From the NCBI GenBank assembly GCA_015064445.1, contig SVSE01000002.1:224628-288627 (forward strand): 64,000 nucleotides of DNA, read 5' to 3'. The position numbers and the translations under genes are program-made. Source of the DNA: Oscillospiraceae bacterium. GTDB lineage: Bacteria; Bacillota; Clostridia; Oscillospirales; CAG-272. Numbering within the stretch: position 1 is the first letter of the stretch; each line of letters begins with the position of its first letter. Under the pieces are notes generated by a model. The model saw only the letters and a program-made list of their open reading frames with translations, was not told the DNA's origin and searched no databases. Below are positions 24,632 to 33,583 of the stretch, in pieces.

Positions 24632-27172
24632 ATGAGAAAAAGAATTTTACTTATCGCTCTTGCTTTGATTCTTGCATTGACCTGCGTGTTCCTTGCTTCA
24701 TGCAATCCAACACCAGATGATTCATCAAGCAGCTCGAGCGGAGATCCAGGTAGCTCAAGTGGAGATCCTAATAATCCACAGGGTACAGCAACCGCAGTTG
24801 ACAACGTTAGATACCTTCGCGTTGCAGAGCTCAAGGACGGAAAGGCTACACTCAAATTTAACACTTATGTAAGTGGCCTTAGCTATGACATCAGATATAG
24901 CGACAAGCCTATTACAGAGGAAAACTTCGATAAGGCTACAAAAGCAAACGCTTCTATTAGTGGCTCAGGCGAGATTACCGCGGTTATCAACGACCTCGGT
25001 GCTTCTCTTACCAAGGCTTACTATGTAGCTGTAAGACCTTATGCAGGTAACGAGTCAAATCACGGCTTGGTGCTTTCTACTCGTGTTGGTGGTAATATGC
25101 TTATTCCTATCAACTACACAAGCTCGATTTATAATGTTTACCATGGTGAAACACTTCGTGGTAACTTCACAAACCTCTTTGATGAGCAGGATGACAAGTT
25201 TGTTTCAAGCCTTTATCGTCCTGAAACAAATATGGGTACCGTTTATCCACCTCCAACAACAGGAGACAGAGTTACATATAATCCTAACTCTGCCGATGTT
25301 ACAGACGGCAAGGTTGGTATGACTCTTGGTCCTATCGTTGACATGGAGTTCAACCACTATATCACTACAATTAAGCTCTACTATGGCGAGCTTAAGGGTA
25401 AGTACATAGTTAAAGACAACAAGGTTGTATTCGATAACGATACCGCATTCTCTGGCACAGTTACTGTAAGATGGTCAAAGAAGCCTGTTGACTTCCAGTC
25501 AGAAAACGACGCTTGGGATGGCTACTATGAGTTCGAAATGTCTGATATCGACGACAAGAACTGGAACGATGTAGAGGTTAATGCCGAGGCAAGATATGTT
25601 CAGGTTCGCTTCTCTGACGGTGAGGCTCCTAACGAAATAGTAATTTATGGCTACCAGAGCTCCGAAAACACTCCTATCGCAACAACTCTTCGTCCACTTC
25701 CTACAATGGGCGAGATGATGGGTATGTGTGGATTCGTTGCAACAGGTGGTGGTAACACTCCTATTAAGAGCGTAAGCTGTACAACTGTTCTTCGTGAGTA
25801 CCACAACTTCGGTTGGTCTTATGTTGACAGATCATATCCAGGTATGTCCAACACCTTTATGGGTGGTATGGGTAACTTCGATGCTCAATACTCCGCTTAT
25901 AATAATGCAGGAATTAATGTAATTCCTTGTATCCAGTGGCCAAACTATGCTATTGCAAAGGCTTGTGATGAGGACGGAAATCCTATCAAGAATAGCGATG
26001 GTACATTCCAGGAGGCAAGCTTCTTCGACAAGTTTACTCCACAGGTTTACTGCTTGTATGCAGACAATATGTTCTGCTTCGCAGCACGCTATGGCTCAAA
26101 CAACTCAACTGACATCTTGTCAATTATGAGAAAGCATTGCTCAACCTCTGCAAAGAGTGCAGGTGCTGGCACACTTCAATGGATTGAGGCTGGTAACGAG
26201 CCTAACGGTGAGGATCAGCTCGGAATGGTTCCATATCAGCTCGCTGCTCTCCAGAGCGCTTGCTATGATGGACATATGAAGACACTCGTTTCCTCAAAGA
26301 GCGAAGAGGGATATCACTTCGGCGTTAAGAATGCTGACCCTAACTTCAAGATTGCAATGGCTGGTCTTGCTGGTACAGGTGGTAGATATATCACAAGTAT
26401 GTGCTACTGGCTCCAGGCTAACCGTACTGATGGCAACCTTGGTATGGATGCATTCAACTTCCACTCTTACTTCTCAAATACCTTCTATATGAACAACTCA
26501 TACATTCAAGTGGGCGTATCTCCTGAGTACTACAACATCGTTGATGATGTTTCTCGTATCATCGAGTATAGAAACAAGTACTTCCCAGATGTTGAGGTTT
26601 GGATCACAGAGTTTGGTTGGGACACCAACCCAAGCTATGAGACAATGACCGCTGCACACGCTTATGGCAAGTACAACTCACATCAGGTACAGGCTATGTG
26701 GCTTGTTCGTGCATATCTCCTCTTCTCCTCAATTGGTATCGATAAGGCTACCATGTACATGTGCGAGGACGTTGCATACGATGTAACTGCAGTTGGTAAG
26801 TACGGTACCTGTGGTGTTGTAGGCTTTGATGAAAACGGCAAGGAATACTACAAGGATTCCTACTACTATCTCTACACACTCAAGAATGCTCTCGGCGATT
26901 ACACATTCGTAAACGAAATTAATTCTGGTAGCGACGATGTTTGGATTTACCAGTATAAGAACGCTGATGGCAAGACTGCATACGCAGTATGGTGCCCAAC
27001 AATGGACGGTACAGAGGTTGAAAACTTCGAGCTTAAGATTAACGGTAGCTCCGCTACTCTTATCGAGGCTGTTGACCTTGACACAGATGGTGTTTCAAGC
27101 GAGCTTACAGTTTCAAACGGAGCTGTTAAGATTCACGTTTCAGAAAACCCTGTATACGTAATGGTTGACTAA
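24632..27172 (+). CDS. lipoprotein: Fn3-like + discoidin-like module + clan GH-A-like (beta/alpha)8 glycoside hydrolase + C-terminal beta domain (paralog 1)
   Basis: Lipobox FLASCN and S/G-rich linker. The discoidin-like end is YVQVRFSDGEAPNEIVIYGYQ. Putative acid/base in WIEAGNEPNGED (Glu 26198-26200) and nucleophile in VWITEFGWDTN (Glu 26609-26611). GGAGG lies before the ATG at 24632. Confidence 0.7.
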   Translation: MRKRILLIALALILALTCVFLASCNPTPDDSSSSSSGDPGSSSGDPNNPQGTATAVDNVRYLRVAELKDGKATLKFNTYVSGLSYDIRYSDKPITEENFDKATKANASISGSGEITAVINDLGASLTKAYYVAVRPYAGNESNHGLVLSTRVGGNMLIPINYTSSIYNVYHGETLRGNFTNLFDEQDDKFVSSLYRPETNMGTVYPPPTTGDRVTYNPNSADVTDGKVGMTLGPIVDMEFNHYITTIKLYYGELKGKYIVKDNKVVFDNDTAFSGTVTVRWSKKPVDFQSENDAWDGYYEFEMSDIDDKNWNDVEVNAEARYVQVRFSDGEAPNEIVIYGYQSSENTPIATTLRPLPTMGEMMGMCGFVATGGGNTPIKSVSCTTVLREYHNFGWSYVDRSYPGMSNTFMGGMGNFDAQYSAYNNAGINVIPCIQWPNYAIAKACDEDGNPIKNSDGTFQEASFFDKFTPQVYCLYADNMFCFAARYGSNNSTDILSIMRKHCSTSAKSAGAGTLQWIEAGNEPNGEDQLGMVPYQLAALQSACYDGHMKTLVSSKSEEGYHFGVKNADPNFKIAMAGLAGTGGRYITSMCYWLQANRTDGNLGMDAFNFHSYFSNTFYMNNSYIQVGVSPEYYNIVDDVSRIIEYRNKYFPDVEVWITEFGWDTNPSYETMTAAHAYGKYNSHQVQAMWLVRAYLLFSSIGIDKATMYMCEDVAYDVTAVGKYGTCGVVGFDENGKEYYKDSYYYLYTLKNALGDYTFVNEINSGSDDVWIYQYKNADGKTAYAVWCPTMDGTEVENFELKINGSSATLIEAVDLDTDGVSSELTVSNGAVKIHVSENPVYVMVD

Positions 27173-27180
27173 TAAAGTAA

Positions 27181-27206
27181 AAAGCGAGGATTTATTCCTC
27201 GCTTTT
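27181..27206 (+). terminator. intrinsic terminator after GH-like gene 1
   Basis: AAAGCGAGGA-TTTATT-CCTCGCTTTT. Confidence 0.7.
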
Positions 27207-27221
27207 CTTTTTAATCAAATT

Positions 27222-27251
27222 AAAAGAGTCTGCAAGACGCAGACTCTTTTT
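27222..27251 (-). terminator. intrinsic terminator after GH-like gene 2
   Basis: AAAAGAGTCTGC-AAGA-CGCAGACTCTTTTT. Confidence 0.7.
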
Positions 27252-27255
27252 GCTT

Positions 27256-29223
27256 TTATTTTTCCACTACAAATATTGGATTCTCACTTACATTAACAAC
27301 AACTGTTCCGTTATTGTTTTCAAGTGGGCTGTGCTTACCGTTATAAGCCTCATTTACAAGCTCAATAAGCTCAAATTCGCCCTCTCCAACATTAAGCTTC
27401 ATACCAGGAACCTTTGTTCCGTCAGAGGTTGTGCACCATACTGCATATTTTGCTTTGCCCTCTTTTGTTGTGGTATATTTGAAAATCTTAACATTAGCAT
27501 TAGGAGCTTCAATTTCGCTATCAAAGCGAGTGGTTTTGAGGATTTCCTTAAGAGTATATACATAATAGAAGGAATCCTTCTTATTACCTTGAACTACATT
27601 TGTAGGGTCAATCTCGATTGGGAATCTGATAAGACCACAGGAGCCATATTTTCCAACAGCAGTTTCCTCAGGACCACAGTCACGAGACATATACATTGCC
27701 GCCTTTTCTACACCGATAGAGGAAAGGAGGAGGTACTCACGAACAAGCCACATAGCCTGTACCTGTCTACCTGTATATTCTGCGTATGCGTGCGAGGAGT
27801 TTGTTGTCTTCCAGCTTTGGTTTGTATCCCAACCAAATTCAGTAAGCCAAATTTCCGTATCAGGACAGTATCTATCACGGAAATCACGGATTGAATCAAA
27901 GCGAGAGACGATGTCGCCCTCTTCTGGAGAAACGCCCATCCAAACGGTCTGACCTTGGTCTCCACGATCCTCGATATTGATATCAACGAGCTTGGACATT
28001 CCAGACTCCTCGAACTTTTTTCCGCAGTAGCAGTGAGCATTAATTACATCGAAAGGAAGCTTTCCGTCCTTACGATTATATCTGCACCAGAACGCCATTG
28101 CTCTTATGTAGTTAGAGTTAAGTCCTGCTCCGCCTGACATCGACATTTTGAAGTTAGGGTCTGCCTGCTTTACGCCGACATTCTTATACATTCCCTCGTG
28201 TCCGTCATAGCACATGCTAAGGAATGCAGCGAGCTCAAATGGTGAGAAGTAAGGATCTCTACCAAGCCATGTTCCATCAGGCTCGTTAAGAGGCTCAACG
28301 CTCTTAAGATAGCCAAGACCGATTTTTGGCTCTTGTCCCTCGGATACCTGAATAAGTGATGGATCGATATCCTTATTGCTTCCGTATCTTGCAACAAATT
28401 GGAAGAGCATTGTTGCGTAGCTCATATAGTTCTTTGGATCAGTTGAATCAGCCGTGTGGTCCTTTGGACATCTCTTTGAGTGAGTTGAAATAACAGGGCA
28501 AACATCTATGCCAAACTTATGTGTCTTGCGATAGAACTCATCAAAATCCCAAGGGCCTGCATAGCTTGGGCTGAATGCGATTGTTGTCTTTTCAAGGTCA
28601 GGAGTACAGCTCCAGAGCCAAGGGTGATATTCACGAATATAGCTTACAGCACGAAGAACATCATCTCCGTCGTTTATGAATGCGTTCATTCCAACGAATT
28701 CGCTAAGGTCACTGAACTTGTGTTCTTTTCTTTCAGGAATAACAATTGGGCTTGGTGCAACCTCGTAGCCATAAACTACGATTTCAGATGGTGCTTGGTT
28801 GTTGTTGAATGAGAAGTTGATGTACTGTGTTTGGTGCTTTGTTTCAAAGCCAGTCCATTTTCTCTTTTCAGGAGCGAGCTCCTCATCATATTCCCAGCTA
28901 AATGGAGTTCCCATCTTAACCTTAACCTTACGAACACCATAGTCAGCCTTATCCTTTTCAGGCTTATATTCGTCGTAATCGTTGTAGATATACATATTAG
29001 TGATTTGGTAAATTGCGCCCAAATCAACTGTAAATGACAAGTCAGTTTGTCCAACCCACCAGTGGTCGTGCCTTGGATGCACCTGTGGGATTTGACCCTC
29101 AACGCCATATAGAGGATCTCCGTCGTTATCAAATTCGCAGAAGAAGTTTGATACCCTTTCAATGCCCATATCATTGATGATCATTTCTGGCGTAATACGG
29201 ATTTTTTGTGGTTTGTTGCTCAT
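27256..29223 (-). CDS. cytoplasmic discoidin-like + clan GH-A-like glycoside hydrolase (paralog 2, no signal peptide)
   Basis: Starts MSNKPQKIRITPEMI with no hydrophobic leader. Shared motifs: QAPSEIVVYGYE, EPLNEPDG, IWLTEFGWDTNQS, RQVQAMWLVREY, KDSFYYVYTL. Confidence 0.7.
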   Translation of the reverse strand: MSNKPQKIRITPEMIINDMGIERVSNFFCEFDNDGDPLYGVEGQIPQVHPRHDHWWVGQTDLSFTVDLGAIYQITNMYIYNDYDEYKPEKDKADYGVRKVKVKMGTPFSWEYDEELAPEKRKWTGFETKHQTQYINFSFNNNQAPSEIVVYGYEVAPSPIVIPERKEHKFSDLSEFVGMNAFINDGDDVLRAVSYIREYHPWLWSCTPDLEKTTIAFSPSYAGPWDFDEFYRKTHKFGIDVCPVISTHSKRCPKDHTADSTDPKNYMSYATMLFQFVARYGSNKDIDPSLIQVSEGQEPKIGLGYLKSVEPLNEPDGTWLGRDPYFSPFELAAFLSMCYDGHEGMYKNVGVKQADPNFKMSMSGGAGLNSNYIRAMAFWCRYNRKDGKLPFDVINAHCYCGKKFEESGMSKLVDINIEDRGDQGQTVWMGVSPEEGDIVSRFDSIRDFRDRYCPDTEIWLTEFGWDTNQSWKTTNSSHAYAEYTGRQVQAMWLVREYLLLSSIGVEKAAMYMSRDCGPEETAVGKYGSCGLIRFPIEIDPTNVVQGNKKDSFYYVYTLKEILKTTRFDSEIEAPNANVKIFKYTTTKEGKAKYAVWCTTSDGTKVPGMKLNVGEGEFELIELVNEAYNGKHSPLENNNGTVVVNVSENPIFVVEK

Positions 29224-29283
29224 TTTAAGTTCTCCTTTTTAATTAGGCAAGATTTGTAATATTTTTTTGCTTGTCTAATGCTC

Positions 29284-31251
29284 TTATTGTGCAAATACAA
29301 GAATTGGGCATTCGCTTACATTTACGCTAACTGTACCATTGTTAACGGTAAGCTCACTTGATACGCCAGCGATTTCGCCATATGCCATTTCTGTGAGTGT
29401 CGCCGATGATGCGCTTCCGATATTCAATTGATATCCCTCAACGCGAACATTATCGGAGGTAGGACACCATACAGCATAGCAGGTCTTTCCCTGTCCGTTT
29501 TCAAATTTATAAACCCATACATCCTCATTACCAGAGTCAACGATTTCTACGAAATACATATCAGACATGGTACTCTTGAGTGTGTACATGTAATAATAAG
29601 AGTCTTTTTTTGTTCCATCAGATGTGATGACACCGCTTGTGCCATATTTTCCAATAGATTCATCCTCAGCGCCTACATCGGCACACATATACATTGCCGC
29701 ACGGTCAACACCGATTGATGCGAGAATGAAGTATGCGCGTGTGAGCCACATTGCCTGCACCTGTCTGCCTGAATAAGGACCATATGCGTGCGATGAGCCC
29801 TGTGTAAGATAGCTTTGGTTTGTGTCCCAACCGAATTCGGTGAGCCATACCTCCTTTTCAGGATAGTATGTGTTTCTGAATTCGAGGACATCTGCAAGCG
29901 AGCCTGCAAGATCTGCATCCTCAGGGGATACGCCTATTTCAATGGCATAGCCATTGTATTCGATTGTTTTTCTGCAATATGTGTGAACATTAAATGCGTC
30001 AAAGCCAAGCTCTCCGTCTGTACGGTTATGCTCAAGCCAGAAGCACATAGCTCTTATGTATCTGTTTTGAATACCAGCAAGTCCTGACATTGCGATCTTC
30101 ATATTTGGATCGGCATTTATGATACCAAGGCCACTTCCACTTGGAGAGTTCATTGTGTTACAATGTCCATCATATACAGCCGAGGTAAATGCTGCAAGCT
30201 GATATGGTGTATATCCATTTGAATCCTCACCATTTGGCTCATTTCCTATTTCAATCCAGTCAACGAGGTCAGTATTGATAACGGGCTTTTGTCCCTTTGC
30301 AATCTTTACAAGATCAGTTGTAGCGGCAGGATTGTTTCCATAACGGAGCGAGTATTGATATACAAATTCTGCATACATTACATATGATTGAGGATCATTC
30401 TTGCTCTCCCCCTCGAGATGAGCAGGAGATGATGCCATATCAAACATAAAGCATGGAACAGGATCTGTATTTTTCTTTTTAAGAGACTTGTAAATTACCT
30501 CCATCATGGTCTGATATGTACCAACAAAGTTGGTAGCAGGCGCTGGATAAAGGTCCTTCTTATATGCAAAATTCCATGTCTTGTAATCACGGAAGTAGCC
30601 TGCGCATTCAAGGTTAGATGCCTTGTTTGCCTGGCTGTGTCCATTGATGCCAAGAATGTATCCCATAGGCTTGTTTTGATGCGTTTCGGTTGGCTTTGCT
30701 GGAGTTTCGCCCAAATCGTAGCCATATGCCAAGATTTCATATGGCGGAGCTGAGGCTCTGTTCTTAAACTTGATGTTCAGATACTGTGTATCTGCGTTTA
30801 TTGTAACCTTACTCCAGCCCTGCTTCTCAGCAGTATGCGTGATTGTTGTTTCGTACTTGAATGGAGTACCAGCCTCGAGAGTTATTGTTTGTCCCGAGCC
30901 ATTGTAGTAAAGATACACATGGTCAATGTGCTTTTTAACACCGAAGTTTACGGTTATCTCAAACTCCGCATTATAATCGTCCTCATCCATATCTCCGTCA
31001 TTATCGAAGTCGTATGGAAGCAAGAAGCTTGATGGAACCTGTGCATTTATATCGGTAGGATTCGAATTTTGCTCGTCAAAAAGAGGAGACAAATTCTTGA
31101 GCGACATTCCACAATAGGTCATATCGTAGTCTATGGGCAATTGAACAACGGTTGTATCAATTTCCTCCTCATCGTCGCAGGACACAAATGCAAGAGTCGC
31201 AAGGATTGCAACCAACGCCAAAAGCAAGCATTTGAAAAGCCTTGATTTCAT
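29284..31251 (-). CDS. lipoprotein discoidin-like + clan GH-A-like glycoside hydrolase (paralog 3)
   Basis: MKSRLFKCLLLALVAILATLAFVSCDD (lipobox). APPYEILAYGYD, WIEIGNEPNGED, VWLTEFGWDTNQS, RQVQAMWLTRAY. AGGAGG lies before the ATG at 31251. Only 60 nt and no terminator separate it from paralog 2. Confidence 0.7.
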   Translation of the reverse strand: MKSRLFKCLLLALVAILATLAFVSCDDEEEIDTTVVQLPIDYDMTYCGMSLKNLSPLFDEQNSNPTDINAQVPSSFLLPYDFDNDGDMDEDDYNAEFEITVNFGVKKHIDHVYLYYNGSGQTITLEAGTPFKYETTITHTAEKQGWSKVTINADTQYLNIKFKNRASAPPYEILAYGYDLGETPAKPTETHQNKPMGYILGINGHSQANKASNLECAGYFRDYKTWNFAYKKDLYPAPATNFVGTYQTMMEVIYKSLKKKNTDPVPCFMFDMASSPAHLEGESKNDPQSYVMYAEFVYQYSLRYGNNPAATTDLVKIAKGQKPVINTDLVDWIEIGNEPNGEDSNGYTPYQLAAFTSAVYDGHCNTMNSPSGSGLGIINADPNMKIAMSGLAGIQNRYIRAMCFWLEHNRTDGELGFDAFNVHTYCRKTIEYNGYAIEIGVSPEDADLAGSLADVLEFRNTYYPEKEVWLTEFGWDTNQSYLTQGSSHAYGPYSGRQVQAMWLTRAYFILASIGVDRAAMYMCADVGAEDESIGKYGTSGVITSDGTKKDSYYYMYTLKSTMSDMYFVEIVDSGNEDVWVYKFENGQGKTCYAVWCPTSDNVRVEGYQLNIGSASSATLTEMAYGEIAGVSSELTVNNGTVSVNVSECPILVFAQ

Positions 31252-31316
31252 AAATACCTCCTGTTCGACACTAAATGTCGAGAACTCACTTGCGCTCACG
31301 CGCACTAATTTATTAT

Positions 31317-31345
31317 ATTATATAATAAAAGATAGTAAAAGTCAA
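31317..31345 (-). promoter_or_regulatory. putative promoter of the GH-like paralog 3-2 operon
   Basis: On the minus strand: TTGACT (plus 31340-31345), 17-bp spacer, TATAAT (plus 31317-31322). Palindrome GTGCGCAC at 31373-31380 lies further upstream. Confidence 0.5.
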
Positions 31346-31516
31346 GTAAGTAATTGACAAAAGCCCCTATCTGTGCGCACTTTTTTTATCTTTTTTTGGC
31401 ATTATTGACAAAATTGAAGCAAATATCTTGAAATCGAAATAATTTTAATGTAAAATTAAAATAGCGTAATGTGGGCTTTGCTCATTTTACCTAAATTTAA
31501 TAATAAGGAAAAATCT

Positions 31517-33361
31517 ATGACAGGTATTGAAATCGCAACAATAATTGTAATGCTTCTTGGCGGACTTGCATTCTTCCTTTATGGTATGAATCTTATGACT
31601 AACGGCCTCGAAAGAATGGCTGGTGGTAAGCTCGAGAGCATTCTTAAAAGCGCTTCCTCTAACAAGGTCAAGGGAATGGCGCTTGGATGTGGAGTTACAG
31701 CTGTAATTCAGTCCTCATCTGCCACAACCGTTATGCTCGTTGGTCTTGTTGGCTCGGGAATTATGACGCTTCCTCAAACGGTAGGAATGCTCATGGGCTC
31801 AAACATTGGTACAACAATCACACCGTGGATAACAGGTCTTAGCTCCCTTAACGGAAGCAGTAATTCACTCGCATTCTTGAACCTTTTGAAGCCCTCGTTC
31901 TTTACACCGATAATTGCTCTTGTTGGTATCATTCTTATAATGTTCTTTGGAACAAAAAACAGGAAAAACAAGGACATCGGAACCGTCTGCCTCGGCTTTG
32001 CAATTCTTATGCAGGGAATGGAGCTTATGTCCGACTCTGTGTCGTTTTTAAGTGAAAAGGACGCTGCTGGAAACCTTCTTTATGGCGATGCGTTCTTTAA
32101 AGTAATTGAGATATTTGATGTCAAGATTGTGGGCATTTGGCTTGCCCTCATTGTAGGAATGATTTTCACGGCAATCATTCAGTCCTCATCTGCCGCAACT
32201 GGTGTGCTTCAAATCCTTGTTGCCGCTACGACAATTACAAATGTAGCAGGCGAGGTCGTTGGTGGTATGTCATACAAGGTTGTAATTCCACTTATTCTCG
32301 GCATCAACATTGGTACCTGCGTAACTGCAGTTATCTCAAGCCTTGGCGCGAATGGCGACGCAAAGAGAGTTGCTGTAACTCATCTTACAATCAAAATCAT
32401 CGCTGCGCTCCTTTGCATGATTCCATTTGCTATAATTTGTGGATTTAGCCCCGCATTCCTTGACAAGATTCCAAATGTTTGGGGAATCGCTACCTTCCAC
32501 ACACTCTTTAATGTCGTAACCACATTTGTTCTCTTGCCTTTCACAAATCAGATTATGAAGCTTTCATATATCTTTGTAAAGGAAAAGACAAAAAAGAAAA
32601 AGGTTGCTTATATCGACCCTATTCTTATCAACCAGTCGCCAGCAGTTGCTATCTCCGAGTCTGCGAACCTCGCAAACGAGATGTGCGCAATCGCAAGAGA
32701 TACAATCTTCTTGGCTATTGACAATTTGTATAACTACAATCCAAAGAACTCTCAAACAATTCTCGATAACGAGGAATTAATTGATAAGTACGAGGACAAC
32801 CTCGGCACATATCTTGTAAAAATCTCTACTCACTCAATTTCAGATGCTGACTCGAGAAGAGCCTCAAAGCTTCTCCACTCTATCGGAGATTTCGAGCGTC
32901 TTAGCGACCACGCAATCAACATAATGATGGTTGCTGATGAAATGCACGAGAAGAAAATTTCCTTCTCCGAGGAGGCTAAGGCTGAAATTGATGTTATTAC
33001 ACGCGCACTTCGCGAAATCATCAATCTCACCTGCGATTCATTCGCTGTAAACGATGTTGACCTTGCAAAGCGTGTTGAGCCTCTTGAGCAGGTTATTGAT
33101 ATTCTTATTGCTAAGTCTAAGTCCAACCACATTGCCCGTCTTCAGGCTGGAAACTGCACAATTGAGCTTGGATTTATCCTCTCTGACCTTCTCAACAACT
33201 ACTCTCGTGTTTCCGACCACTGCTCAAATATCGCAGTTGCTCTTATCGAGACCTCGCATAACAGCTTTGACACTCACAAGTATCTTAACTCTGTTAAAAA
33301 CGCAGGCGATGAGAAGTTCTCAGTTGCATTCGACGAGTATGCATCAGTATACAAATTCTAA
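31517..33361 (+). CDS. Na/Pi cotransporter family protein with C-terminal PhoU-like domain
   Basis: Duplicated QSSSATT/QSSSAATG NptA motifs in the membrane domain. Soluble C-terminal helical repeats (FERLSDHAINI, RVSDHCSNIA). ATG at 31517 after AAGGAAAA. Confidence 0.8.
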   Translation: MTGIEIATIIVMLLGGLAFFLYGMNLMTNGLERMAGGKLESILKSASSNKVKGMALGCGVTAVIQSSSATTVMLVGLVGSGIMTLPQTVGMLMGSNIGTTITPWITGLSSLNGSSNSLAFLNLLKPSFFTPIIALVGIILIMFFGTKNRKNKDIGTVCLGFAILMQGMELMSDSVSFLSEKDAAGNLLYGDAFFKVIEIFDVKIVGIWLALIVGMIFTAIIQSSSAATGVLQILVAATTITNVAGEVVGGMSYKVVIPLILGINIGTCVTAVISSLGANGDAKRVAVTHLTIKIIAALLCMIPFAIICGFSPAFLDKIPNVWGIATFHTLFNVVTTFVLLPFTNQIMKLSYIFVKEKTKKKKVAYIDPILINQSPAVAISESANLANEMCAIARDTIFLAIDNLYNYNPKNSQTILDNEELIDKYEDNLGTYLVKISTHSISDADSRRASKLLHSIGDFERLSDHAINIMMVADEMHEKKISFSEEAKAEIDVITRALREIINLTCDSFAVNDVDLAKRVEPLEQVIDILIAKSKSNHIARLQAGNCTIELGFILSDLLNNYSRVSDHCSNIAVALIETSHNSFDTHKYLNSVKNAGDEKFSVAFDEYASVYKF

Positions 33362-33371
33362 TCACAAGTCT

Positions 33372-33401
33372 AAAAATCCTCGACACAGTGTCGAGGATTT
33401 T
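33372..33401 (+). terminator. intrinsic terminator after the Na/Pi cotransporter gene
   Basis: AAAATCCTCGACA-CAG-TGTCGAGGATTTT. Confidence 0.75.
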
Positions 33402-33516
33402 CCTTTTTCTGACATTTTTAGTGGCTATTTTTACATTTTTCGGATTTTTTGGTAAAAATATTCAAAAATTGCGCAAAAATTCTCAAAATTTTTCGCGTTA
33501 TAACACGCGTTTATTA

Positions 33517-33545
33517 TTGACAAGCGCGCGCATTTGTGCTATTAT
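33517..33545 (+). promoter_or_regulatory. putative promoter of the GT2 gene
   Basis: TTGACA (33517-33522), 17-bp spacer, TATTAT (33540-33545). Palindrome TTGCGCAA at 33469-33476 lies upstream. Confidence 0.5.
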
Positions 33546-33583
33546 ATATTATATTTAAGTAAATTTTAGGGAAGGAGAGCGCT

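Noticed and set aside
18451-33361. Whether the alkaline phosphatase, PiT and Na/Pi-PhoU genes share PhoP/PhoB-type Pho boxes, forming a Pho regulon island.
   Set aside because: I could not find repeated TTNACA-like direct repeats at 11-bp spacing in the three upstream regions. The genes are dispersed and separately transcribed, so no claim is made.
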